A stretch of 64,000 nt of DNA from Azolla caroliniana (GCA_043228905.1 JBHGNT010000010.1:6820001-6884000), one strand, 5' to 3'. Counted from the first letter of the stretch, positions 50,954-63,126 are shown. The notes: generated by a model not told the origin, from the letters alone. Numbers and translations: made by a program.

Positions 50954-53900
50954 ATGACTAAGCCAACAGACGACCCGGTTACGGAGAGAGCACGAAGACT
51001 TGCTGAACGGAGATGGCGGCGAGAGGCTTTTCAGCAAGCAGCGGAAGAAATCCGAACGGATCGATCATTTTCCAAAGTGATCCGGAAAGTGGCGGAGGAG
51101 TCGCTCCGTCTGCAACAAAACGCCTACCCAGACGAAGGAAGCAACTTAAGCAGCCTCCGGGAAGCGGAAACCCTTCTCCAGGCCTTGGCCGGAAGAGACG
51201 GCGAATCCGAAGCATTTTCAGCACTGGAATCGGATTCAGAAGGGGGTTACAGGGCGCATACGAACTATCGCAATAGTAACGACACCCCAGGAGGACCTGA
51301 GGACGAGGAGTCGGATACCTTACCGACACCGGAACCAGAGTTGGCAGACCGAGAACCTCCGGCACTCGTCGTGGAGCAACCTCCGGAGACGGAAGTGCAC
51401 CGGCAAAAACTTCCAACACCGGAAGTCGAGCCGGCAACACCAAAGGAAGACCGGCAAAGACCTCAGACGCCAGCGGAACAGCAGGAAAGACCACCGACAC
51501 CGCCAGGCCGCGTACCGACATCGGACGACGATATGTCGTTCCAGTACTCCAAGTATCGGGATGACCCGGACGCGGAGGCTCATGTTCACGCATTTGAACA
51601 AACATGGGAAACGAACCATGTGTCACAACGGCTAACCGCGGCAGAAGAGGAATGATCCAAGATAGCCGAATTCAGCGTAACATTAGAAGGACCGGCCGCC
51701 AGATGGCACCGGACACAAGATCGCAGCACCATCACCACCTTTGCAGACCTAAAAGACAAATTCTTGCACTTCTTCCAGAAGGAGGTGGATCATCAAGAAA
51801 TGGTGGGCTTATTTTATACAATTCGGCAGGATCCCGGGGAGAGCATCCCGCAATTTGTAATCCAGTTTCAACGGATGCACAGCCAGCTTACCCACGCACC
51901 TCTGGAGGAAGAAACGCGGGCTATATTTTTAGCAGCGCTCCAGGAACCTCTACGAACGGTATGCACAGTCATTGACTTTCGCACAAGCACCGTCGACCAG
52001 GTCATCGACCGAGTTAGAGAAATGGAAAAAACGAGCTCTTGGCTAACAATGGGAGCCCTCCAACGAGCATTACCAACCGATGAGGATCTCCGTTTCCGGC
52101 AAGCAATCCAATGCACGACCTGCTTGAATTCCGGACACTCGTCACTGGAGTGCACCATGCGGACGCACTGCTTACTCTGCCAATCTACAAGCCACACGAT
52201 GGACCGGTGCGAATATAACTTATTGAATCGGAAAGCTCCACCAGTCCGGCAAATCGAGCCACGTAGCAGCCGAGACAAAGAAGACGAACGCTCGCAACGA
52301 GAGGAGCGATATCGACCGGCACAAGATGTCTGGTACGACAATCGGCGAGACAACTACGACCGGTACAAGAGATACGACAAGTACCGAGATTACAATCGAT
52401 GGTACAAGCATCACAACCGGGATCACTCCCCCGAGTATCACCAACGACAAAAAGCTATGATAAGTGACCGGCAGTAAACATGGTAGTCGCCGAAGTCGCA
52501 GACCTCCAGCAGGTCACCACAAGGTCGAAGGGGAAGACTACGGAATGGGAGACACAAGAGGCCATCCGGAAACAGGCAACGGAATGGGTGAAAAAGCCAA
52601 ATGAGCAAAACGTAGCAGAACTCGTGCAACAGAAGGAGAACACCGAAGAGCTCGCCAGCGGCAGTCAATCCGAAAACGTGACATGGCAGGTATTGCAGGA
52701 ATGCCAGATCACATTGCCGTTAGGACGACTCTTGCAGCTAGTACCAAGATTCACAGAAGGACTCAAGACCGGCATGACGACAGGCGGAACACCACCGGCT
52801 CCGGCATTCTTCTCAAATCCGGAAGGACCGACCGTGGTGGACACCAACAGTCCGGCAATTACGGCCATTGTGAAAGGGAAAGAACTCCCCGGCACGATAA
52901 TAGACGGAGGCTCCGGCGTTAATGTAATCAACCTCCGGACATGCGATGCTCTTGGAATCCGAGAGTGGGAGCCATGTCCGTTCTGGCTCCGAATGGCGAA
53001 CACAAGCTCGGTGCGACCGACAGGTTTAATAAGGAACTTGGAAGTAACCATCGGGGGCCACACATTTCGAATCTCAGCCGTAGTTCTCCAGTTGCAAGCT
53101 GAAGGAGTGTACCCATTATTGTTGGGACGCCCTTGGTTAAAAACGGCACATATCAAGCAGAACTGGAGGAGGAATATGATTACGTTCCGGCGGGGAAAAG
53201 CGAAGGTATGGGTACCAACACAACCAAGGAAGGGCACCGGCAAGGATCTGACACCGTTATATGCGGAGTGTGTCAATATGCTAGAAGGATTAGCAGACGA
53301 AGAAGAAGAGCAGTACTTGCTGGAGAACCCGAAGATTGTACCTCTATTCGAAATTGACATCGCGGAAGCGGTATCACCCTACTTACTGCAATCGGACGGA
53401 ACCGAAGCGGAACCGGATAAAGAAGCAATCCGGGAGTTACGGCATGCGCAGGAGGCATTGGAAAGGGAAATTGCCGTATCCCAGCACGTAAAAGCGTCCC
53501 AATTAGAAGAGGTAAACCTAGGAACGGCGGAGGAGGTAAAACCGGTGCACATCGCCAAAGAAATGAATGCAGAGAACAAAACGGTGATAATTACACTCCT
53601 CAACGAGTTTCGCGACGTCTTTGCCTGGTCGTACGAGGATATGAGAGGCCTAGATCCTCAGTTGTATCAGCACCAGATAAATCTGAGCAAAGACGCCAAG
53701 CCAGCACAACGTCGGTACCGGATGAACCCAAACTACGCCACCAAAGTCAAGGAGGAGATCGACAAATTACTGAGGGTCGGCTTCATCCGTCCCGTAAAGA
53801 AATCTACATGGCTGAGCCCGATCGTAGTCGTACCAAAAAAGAACGGAAAAATTAGAGTTTGTGTTGACTATTGGAAGCTCAATGCGTCAACGATAACGAA

Positions 53901-56520
53901 TGCATTTCCACTTCCGTTTACGGATGAAGTTTTGGATGCCGTCGCCGGCCATGAAGTCTACAGTTTCTTAGACGGATTCAGCGGGTATAATCAGATCCGG
54001 ATGCACCATGAGGATCAAGAGAAAACAGCTTTCGTCACCGAATGGGGAGTGTTTGTTGCGGTGGTGATGATGTTCGGGTTGAAAATGGCACCAGCAACAT
54101 TCCAACGGATCATCATGGAGATCTTTGGCGAATACATACCGGCTTTTATGCAAGTGTTCCTGGACGACTTCGCCGTCTATAGCAGAGAAGAAGACCATTT
54201 GCAGCATCTCAGACTAGGTGTACAGAAGTGCAGGGCGTACCGGCTAAGCCTGAACCCAATGAAGTGTGTATTTGGAGTGTCCAGCGGAACGCTACTAGGG
54301 CATATAGTGAGCAAGGAAGGCATTGCCGTAGATACGAACAAAGTGAAAGCAATCCGGGAAGCACCAGCACCGGCAACGGCAAAGGCATTGAGCCGTTTCC
54401 TAGGACAAATCCGTTGGCATAGCCATATGCTCCGATATTTGGCGGACCTGGCTACACCTCTGCATGCGGCAGTACATCGAACACCATTCCAATGGACCGA
54501 CATCGAAGACAAGGCGTACCGGGCACTAAAGTTGTTATTGTCACAAGCACCGGTAGTGCAGCCTCCGGATTGGAGTAAAGAGTTTCATGTGTTCGTGGAC
54601 GCTTCCGATATCGCAATCGGCAGCGCGCTCATGCAGCTTACCGAGCCAAGGTGGTACCGGCCAGTGTACTATGCCAGCCGGAAGCTATCCCAAGCAGAAC
54701 GAAATTATTCTACCACGGAAAGGGAAGCTTTAGGAATGATTTACAGTGTAACAAAATTCAGGCATTATTTATTGGGAAGAAAGTTCTCCTTCCATGTAGA
54801 TCATTCGGCACTCCTCTACCTAGTATCCAAAGCGTCACTTACCGGTAAGTTGGCCCGGTGGACTTTGTTGTTGCAAGAGTTCGAATTCGAGATATTCCAC
54901 CGACCCGGCATACAACATGCGGTAGCAGATTATCTAAGCCAGTTAGATTCCGGGGAGACAGGTGATGGAGTACCGGACGAGTTTCCGGATGTAGAGCTTT
55001 TTCGAGTCACCACGGAAACGGCAACAGATGAAACGATGGCACAAGAAGATAAGTGGCTAACTAATATGCACCAGTTTCTGAGCACCGGATTGCCTCCGGA
55101 GGAGATGAACCGGGACGAGAGAAAACGCCTCGCGGTACAGAGCCGGCACTTCTGTTTATTACAGGACATGCTATACCACAAAGGTGCGGACGGTATCTGG
55201 TGACAAGCGGTGCGCAGCGATGAGAAGGAGGTAATACTACGGGAGGCACACTGCGGAGTCGTCGGAGGCCATTATGCCGGAGATGCGACGGCAAGGAAAG
55301 TATGGCAAAGTGGCCTATGGTGGCCAACCACATTGAAAGATGCAGTCCGGTATGCGAAGGAGTGTGATCTATGCCAACAAATGGGTCAGCCAACGGAACA
55401 AGCTCGGATGCCACACCAACCAATCCTACCACTAGAACCATTCCAGAAATGGGGGCTGGATTTCGTCGGGCCATTTAAACCACCGGCAATGAGAACCGGC
55501 AACCGGTAAGTGATCGTCGCGATGGATTATTGCACTAAGTGGGTGGAAGCGAAAGCCCTACGAGACAACACCGCGGCGTCAACGGCGAAATTCTTATACG
55601 AATGCATTTGGTGCCGGTACGGATGCCCCATAGAGCTGATAAGCGACCAAGGAGGGCACTTTCTTGGGCAGGTGGTAGAAAGTTTGACGACGTTCTATGC
55701 GGTAGTACATAAACGAAGCACACCGTATTATCCGCAAGCGAATGGGTTAGCTGAGTCGACGAACAAAACGCTCCAGAATATCCTCCGAAAGATCGTCAAT
55801 GAAAATCAGACAAATTGGGACACAAAGCTGCATAGTGCGCTCTGGACTTACCGGACAGCGTACAAAACAAGCATCCGGACAACACCGTTCCGGTTAGCAT
55901 TCGGATTGGAGGCAGTCATGCTGGTCGAGTTCCAGGTACCAAGCTTACGGATTCAGATTCGGGAACGATTGAACGAAAAGGAATCGGAGGCAATTCGGTT
56001 AAAGGCTCTGTGCGAACTGGAAGAACATCGACTGGCGAGCATTATGCACCTGGAATTGGAACAACGGAGACGGAAAGCATTTGTAGATCGGCACCGGAAG
56101 GGAAACGAAAAGACGTTCGGGACCGGCAAGCCGGTACTCGTGTTCCAGACCCGGATGGGCAAAATGCCAGGTAAACTACGGTTTAGATGGACCAGACCGT
56201 AATGGATCACACGCGAGTTCAATGGGTCCTACCAGTTGGGGACATTTGCCGGAGAAGTGCTGGGCAAATGGGTCAACGAATTTAGACTAAAACCATACAA
56301 AGGACCTATGCCTAAGAACCCATTTGAACGAAAGGCCGCCACCGAATCAGACGCCGGCAGGCCAACCATAACGGCAACCAGTGAAGACGACGGCTACCAC
56401 CAAGCCAGTAAGGAGGAGCATGAGCCGGCAACCGAGGAGAGCAGAATGACGGCAAACCGACAAGGGGCCGGCAAGTTGCACGCTTCGGGCAAAGGTCCGA
56501 CAGGACCGGAGAATAACTAA
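50954..56520 (+). pseudogene. gag-pol: gag-pol (Gag, PR, RT, RNase H, integrase), few stops
   Basis: IIDGGSGVN, FAWSYEDM, LDGFSGYNQI, FLDDF, VDASDIAIG, WGLDFVGP, SDQGGHF, QANGLAES. Confidence 0.96.
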
Positions 56521-58269
56521 CCACACAAGTAAGTTAAAAATATAAAATAATAATAAAATAATAATAAAAGAGAATAAAGGAGCGAATCAAATAAATCATG
56601 GAAAAGAGTGGTGGAAACGGCCATGCACACGAGTAAAGAGGCACGTCGAAAAGGTACGAGGAGCTATGAATAGGACATTAAACCACCGCCACATGGCATG
56701 CAATGCTATTATAGTACACGACCTGCACATGTGGAGGCTCGAAAAAGGCGCCAAGATGCAGAGAGAAAAACCCCCACGCATCGAGACCTTCTCCTATCGC
56801 GAACCAAGGAGAACAGACGCAGAGCAACGCGTGAAGATAAATTGTAGAGAGCTCGCACACAGAGAACCCCCTCCCTCAGAACTTTCTCTTTCACATTCTC
56901 CCCACCATCACACCTCTCCAACGCTCTCCGACCTCGACGCAGAGATGGACTGCCAAACACTGTCTGAAGCTGCCGAGAAATGGTTACGGTAGCACGGTCT
57001 GGAGGGTTTCCTAACGATCATGGAGGCGACGCCACACTTGGAGGCCGAGAAGATTATAAAATAAATCGACACAGAGGTGATCACGGAGGAGGCGATCCGT
57101 GCGTTAATAGGCCTTCCGGAGGGAGGTATCTACACGATCGACAATCCTACCCCCGAGCAACTCATCAAATATTTCGGTGAGTACTCTCTAGCCAGCAAGG
57201 GCTATAGGACACAGGGCGGCGAAGATATGTTATTCCGGGAAATTGCCCGTGTGCTCCACGAGTTCGGCCACGTGTACCCTCGACCCCCCGTCATGCCTTA
57301 GAACCGAGCAGGCTTGATCATCGCAACGTACGAAGGGGTCAAGGTAGAGTGGCCGGTGCTAATCGTCGACGGACTGTGTAGGGCCATTGATATAGTAAGG
57401 GGAAAGGACGGCAAGGAAGGCCGGAAAATATGGCACGCGGTGACACAATGGCTCACCCTGTTGGCGCCACCAGTCGAGCCCGTCCAAACCAAGAAGATGG
57501 GAAGAGCAACGGACGGCACCCCGAAACCTGCTTCAAAACGGCAACAATTGTTGGCCTCCAAGGCCACTAAGGGGAAGACTGCCGAAGCAGAGAAGGCGGC
57601 GAAGGAGCGCGCCAACCGGAAGCAACCGACGGACACGCACGAGGAGACACCGGCACGGGCCTTGAAGAGCCCACTCCACCGACCAGGGCAACAGGACATG
57701 GACACCTTGGCGGCAAGAATGAATGTCGGGACTCAGGCGGAAGAGATGGAGGAAGAACCCACGGAGCACCTCCAGCGGCGGCCGGTGAAGAGCACCGTAG
57801 AATCAGCCGGGAAGCATTCGAACCCACAAAAGGATGGAACACCCGAAACTCACGCTGAGCAACCCACGCCAAGGGAGGCACCGGAACCGGTTCGGATGGA
57901 ACCGGTGTCGTGAAGATTTTCGGCAATAGTGTGAAAATCCCATAAAACGTACAAAATCGAGTATGAATCATGTAATACAATAATTGTGAAGATAACATTT
58001 TTAATATCTAAGTACAAAATGATGGAGGTTTCAAATGCACTTTATTACGCGAGAAATGGACAACTAAATGTCAAGATATGAGGGTATAAAGTTTGTGAAA
58101 AGAAAAGAGAAAATTGTGAGATATCCCACATAGGCACGACAAATACGGCTCTCATCATATATAAGGTGGAGCAAAAGATATTATCTTTGTGTCTATGTGT
58201 GGAGCATAGAGAGTTCAAGGTAACTTGAACTTAGAGTGGAGGTGGCTAGCTACTCATAAAGGGTTTTGG

Positions 58270-58570
58270 CCAACCAAAACCGGACCGGCGATGGAGCCGG
58301 TGATCCGACGGCATCCGACCGCAATCCGATGGCCGCATGCGGCACCGGTATCCGGCGTCGGCATCCGGCAGCGGCACCAGTATCCGGCGTCGGTATTCGG
58401 CGTCGGCATTCGGCGGCGGCACCGGTATCCGGCGTCGGCGGCATCCGGCGGCGGCACCGGTATCCGGTGTCGGTATCCGGCAGCGGCATCCGGCGGCGGC
58501 ACCGGTATCCGGGGTCGGTATCCGGTATCCGGCGTCGGCATCCGGCGACGGTATCCGGCGAACCGGCGAC
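58270..58570. repeat. GC-rich CCGG minisatellite in U3
   Basis: Mosaic of GGTATCCGGCGTC / GGCATCCGGCGGCGGCACC units. Confidence 0.9.
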
Positions 58571-58614
58571 TAGATAAAATAAATATATAAAAATATATAC
58601 ATATTTACATATAC

Positions 58615-58686
58615 AAGGAGGGCAAGTATGGATTCGAACCTTGCACCTCCAAGTTAGGAGTCAAATGGCTTACCATTAAGCAATAG
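58615..58686 (-). promoter_or_regulatory. tRNA-like Pol III module, antisense to its LTR
   Basis: TTGCTTAATGGTAAGC...CTCC-TAACTT-GGAG-GTGCAA-GGTTCGAATCC (perfect box B). Confidence 0.75.
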
Positions 58687-59135
58687 TATTTAGTTGAAAT
58701 TATATTTCTATCATTGTACTTTTACATGTAAATTCTCATCCATGAGTGCTAAAATAAGTGACATGGTTAGCATGCACCACATGTAATACTTAAGCGCCAA
58801 ATGGCAAACATGCAATTTATGCATGTCTTGCACCCTCACATGCATCATATGCATGAGAGCATCTATAAAAGAGGGAAGGGGGAGGAGAAAAACACGGTTT
58901 TTTTTTATGAAAATTAAGAAGAAGAAATTCGTTATCAAATCAATCGTGTAATCTCATCTTCTCTCTTTCTCAATCTATCTTAAGTACTTTCTCGCCAAAG
59001 CTTGTATCGACTCTAAATCCTTCTGGTCCAGAACCCCGGCGGTTCCGCCTCACGATCCGCGCGTAGTGACGGATCTTCACGACATAATAAAGTGGTGAAC
59101 TCGACGTGAACAGCGGTAGGGGAGGATGAAGCTGG

Positions 59136-61474
59136 ATGAGGAATATCTAATGAAGGCAATGTCAAAGATGATGATGGAGTTTTCAAGAGAAGGGAAAACA
59201 CGACATGCGGCCCAACAAGCCGTCGAAAGCATGATCAAGTGAGTCGGGTTTTTCGATGGAGGCAAAGTCCAAAAATTTCTAAAGGCCTACAATGCCGAAA
59301 TGGATTCAAGAGGAGTGGAGGAAGCAATGAGGCTGGAGTACTTTTGTCGAGTGGAGGCCGAACCAATCTTCGAAGAGATTAAAGAGATTCAAAAAACTCA
59401 CGATTCGTGGGTGTCCTTCAAAGAAGCTTTACGAGAGTCATATGGTTACGAAGAGCAAAAGGGACGAGGTCTGTATGAGTTTCACGAATGGGTGTCATCG
59501 AGAAAGACCCACCAGAGTGCTATGCATGCATTCGTTGAGTTTGAGTATCGCTTCGCTCAACTCTCGGACTAGGACCGAAGATTGGTGGGGGTGAATAAAG
59601 TTCTGATGTTTGTAAAGTCAATCGATCGGAATGAAAGGAAGACCATTGGAATCCAACTCGAGGATGACAATGGTGAAAATGGCCTCACTGAGGATTGGGC
59701 CAAAGTGGAAAGGGTATGCCGACAACACGATAAGAGGGAGATGAGACTCTCATCGACAACAACACGACCCACAAGGGATGTTCAAAGGAGAATGGGATGT
59801 GGCAATAAAAACTCACTGAAGGAAGAAAGCTCGAAGAGGGAAGCTTCGAAAGAACTCAACATAGAAGCCTTGATGAGAGAGGCAATAATGAACTTAAAGG
59901 CACAAGTCGAGGTTGAAGAGAAGCTGAAAACAAAACCAAGGAAAATGGTGATCGACAAAGAGGAGACCTCCCGACAAATGCAGACTAATGGTACAACCAA
60001 TACGAAGGCCCAGGTTTGGTATGACAGTACCATGGGAGAAGGTGTGAAACAAGCCACCTTCTCGACTTATGGAGGAACGACGGTCGAGAGAAGGGCCGAA
60101 GACTCGAGAGCGGGAAATGCTGCTTTAAGAGTGGACGAGCATTTCAGAACACATGATGTGTCCGAAATATCGAGTAATGAAGGTGCAAGCATGAGGGAAG
60201 CTTGCGTGATCAAGGGATGTAAAGAGTGCGAGGTCGACGTGATTGAGGCGGTAGCCATGAGAAACGACATCAAGTCGCAGATGGCTAAGGAAGAGTTCAC
60301 GGCGGATGACCGTGTCGAGACTTTCCCAACACTTGATCTAGAGACTTGGGCAGTTGCGTCCGAGAGCCAACATGAGACCCAAGAGACGGAAAGTGGTGGG
60401 GAAGAAAATATTGAAGACAATGCGAATAACAACATTGAGCGAAAGATGGCTACGGATGAGAAGACGGTGACCGATGGTGTCAAGGTTCTCCCCACATTTC
60501 TTCCTGAGACTTCGGTAGTTGTGCCGGAGTGTCAACGTGAGACCAGAGAGACGGAAGGTGACGGCAAGAAATCGAAGGACCAAAGTGGCAATGAGGACGA
60601 TGACCACAGACGAAGGGATCCCTCCACACCGGTTCCGTAGACTTCGGCAGTTGTGCTCGAGAGCCAACATCAGACCGGAGAGATGGAAGGTGGCAGCGAG
60701 GAGATGAGGGTCGAAGCCGGCACATACAGAGGAACGGTTGCCAACAAGGAGGCCAAAAACAAAGCTACAATAGAGTTTGATGAAGAGCCAAAGAGCGGCA
60801 AGAAAGGAAGAACCGGAATACAATCCGGATGGAAGATGACTCGGTTGGTATTCCGACCCGAACGGAAGCCGACCCGGACGAGAGTTGATCAACCAGGCCC
60901 GACCCAACTGAAAACCGGACGGAAACTAACCCGGACGAAAGTCGATCATCTAAGTCCGATTCGGCCGAATGCGAATCCGAACAAAGGCCGACCAAGCCAG
61001 AAGTTGATTGGTCGAGACCGATCCCGACAGAAGTTGAGCCGGCCTAGACAGAGGTCGAAGCAAACGAGCCGCGACATCCAGTCGAGGCTGTTGAGCATAA
61101 GGAAAGGCAAGCATGAGACGAGAAAGGATGATAAAGGAAAGTTAAGTGACCAAGGAGATGGCCGAGATGAAGGTGGCACATGCACGAGGCATGAAGCGTT
61201 ATGCTCGGGAGGAGCACAGGGAGCCATGACAACTAGACATGGCAATAAAAAAGGTGAGCGAATGATATGGTGGATCGGATGGCAACGACAGTTCGAAGTA
61301 GACGACAAAAAGACGGTGCGGACGAGGCACAAGAAAGGAGGAAATCAAACACCAACCACCTTTGACCCTTCCACATCACTCTTTTCTTCTTGGCACATAC
61401 CGGAGGATGTGCGGTTTGGTGGGGGTGGATGTCGTGATGTGGCATGTCTAGTGCGAGAAAAACTCAAAAATTGA
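59136..61474 (+). pseudogene. gag: Gag N-terminal/capsid region + long acidic then basic low-complexity tail
   Basis: GFFDGGKVQKFLKAYNAEM...KVLMFVKSID...GLTEDWAKV aligns with Gag at 25740-26200; ORFs 59300, 59582 and 60653 share one frame. Confidence 0.8.
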
Positions 61475-61552
61475 GGATCCACACACATTTCACGAATACT
61501 TGTAAAAATGAAAATAAATAAACCTAGGTCACAATGGCATTGAGTGCATGTA

Positions 61553-61622
61553 GAGGGTTGCAAGTAGGATTTGAACCTTGCACCTCTAAGGTAAGAGGCA
61601 ATTACCTTACCACTAAAGCTAC
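61553..61622 (-). promoter_or_regulatory. tRNA-like Pol III module, antisense to its LTR
   Basis: TAGCTTTAGTGGTAAGG...CCTCT-TACCTT-AGAGG-TGCAA-GGTTCAAATCC. Confidence 0.75.
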
Positions 61623-63126
61623 TACTAAATGCTTTAGATGTTCTATATTTCTTTCTCATATTCAGTATTCCGTAGGAAACAAACGAACAAAACCGTGTAC
61701 ACAAAACCACGGTTTTAAGCCCATGGTTTCATGCATGTCACAAAGCAAAACTGTGTGCACAGAAACCATGGCTCCAAGCCCATGGTTTTGTGCATGGAAA
61801 AACCTATAAAACCCCTAGTACGGCTTGTGTAAGGGGGGCTCAATATGATATGACCATCATCATCACCATCAATAATATAAGCTTCTATTTCTTCTTCTTC
61901 GCATCTATCTTGTAATTATTTATCTACTTCTGAAAGTGTACAATCTTCAATCTTCTCAAGTGTAATAGGTCTTCCTCCAATCTTACATTCACATCATCCT
62001 CTTCTCAATACCTTGACGGACATCCTCCTTGGTCCAAGACCCCGGTGGTCCCGCTCAAGCGAAGCACGCTCGCACGCGCATCTTCGCGACACCGGTCACA
62101 AAAGTCCCAGCACAACAAGCAACACTGGAAAGCCCCGTCACCCAAGAGCCGGAGATACAAAGGCCAACCACCCCAGCCGGCCAAGAACAAGCAGATAAGG
62201 GGCGACTAGCCGAAACACACTCAGAGCCGGAATGGCAAAGTGGTCAGTTGGCAGAACCACGCAGCTTGACGCAGAAAGGCGGAACCAGCCACCGGCAAGT
62301 GAAACCATCAGCCAACTCTCCGTGCAAGCGCAACAACAGTGTACCGGCAGCCAATGGCTCCAGTGGATAGGAGACCAAATTGCCGGAGTAGTCAGATGCA
62401 TAGAGGCGGAGGAAAGAGCGCAAACGGAACGGTTGCTCGTCACAACCGATGAACTGGAGACGGCCCGGTCAAGGATCCGGTGCCTAGAACAAGACTTGGA
62501 TCGGATCACAGGAGATATGGCCAAAATGGCCTTAACCGCAACGCAGGTCCAAGCACCGGTGACTCCGGTTGATGTACAGAAGAATAAGACCCCGGAGACA
62601 CAAACTGTCCCGGCGAAAGAGGCGGCGCAAACCCAAGAGCTTGTGGAATTACGAGATGAGCTCGCCGCACAAGAAGCATTACGGAGCCGCGAACGCGACT
62701 TGAAGAAGGTAGCCGAAGAAGAATTAAGAAAGACTGTTGAGAACCTTCGCCGGACAGAGGAAAACATGCGTAAAGGACATCGTGCTTACGACCGGCTGAA
62801 GGAGGAAAAAGAGAAAGCGCTGCAAGAAAAAGACAAGCTGCGACGGATGGCAGAGACGGAAATAGAGAGGCTGAAGGAAGAGCTCCGTCAACAGAAGGAC
62901 AGGGAGGACCGCGCGCGCCGTCAGATCAACCAACGACTGAAGCAGAAGACAGATGATTTCGATCATCTGCATCGGGACTACAAGCAGCTGGAGATAGAGC
63001 ATAAGCAACAACAGGAACGGATGGCTGAGCTCCGGCAAGAGGTTGATAGGGCCACAACAGCACTCGCCGAAGAACGAGCGGAAAGTTCCAGGCTATTGGA
63101 GGAAGCGGCGAATGACCGGATGGCAT

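Larger units (their letters stand above)
57906..62091 (+). mobile_element. Non-autonomous Phygy-like element with two unlike LTRs (57906-59084 and 61430-62091)
   Basis: CCGG on both flanks; tRNA-Trp PBS 59093-59109; PPT region before 61430; no pol. Confidence 0.88.
50436..63126 (+). mobile_element. Athila/Selgy-like Ty3/gypsy element with 5' LTR 50436-50898, gag, pol and 3' extra ORF; 3' end lost
   Basis: LTR homologous to 31171; PBS TGGCGACCAC at 50906; interrupted by 57906-62091. Confidence 0.92.
56945..63126 (+). pseudogene. 3' extra ORF: globular N-terminal domain + Pro/Glu-rich linker + long coiled coil (split by 57906-62091)
   Basis: MDCQTLSEAAEKWLR*HGLEGFL...ITEEAIRALIGLPEGG...VKVEWPVLIVDGL reads through stops in one frame. 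MEP|VTKVP is continuous across the TSD. E/K/R/Q heptads at 62400-63110. Confidence 0.8.

Noticed and set aside
58615-58686. Functional tRNA genes
   Set aside because: Anticodon loops are often 6 nt and variable, and acceptor stems are poor. Reported as tRNA-like modules only.
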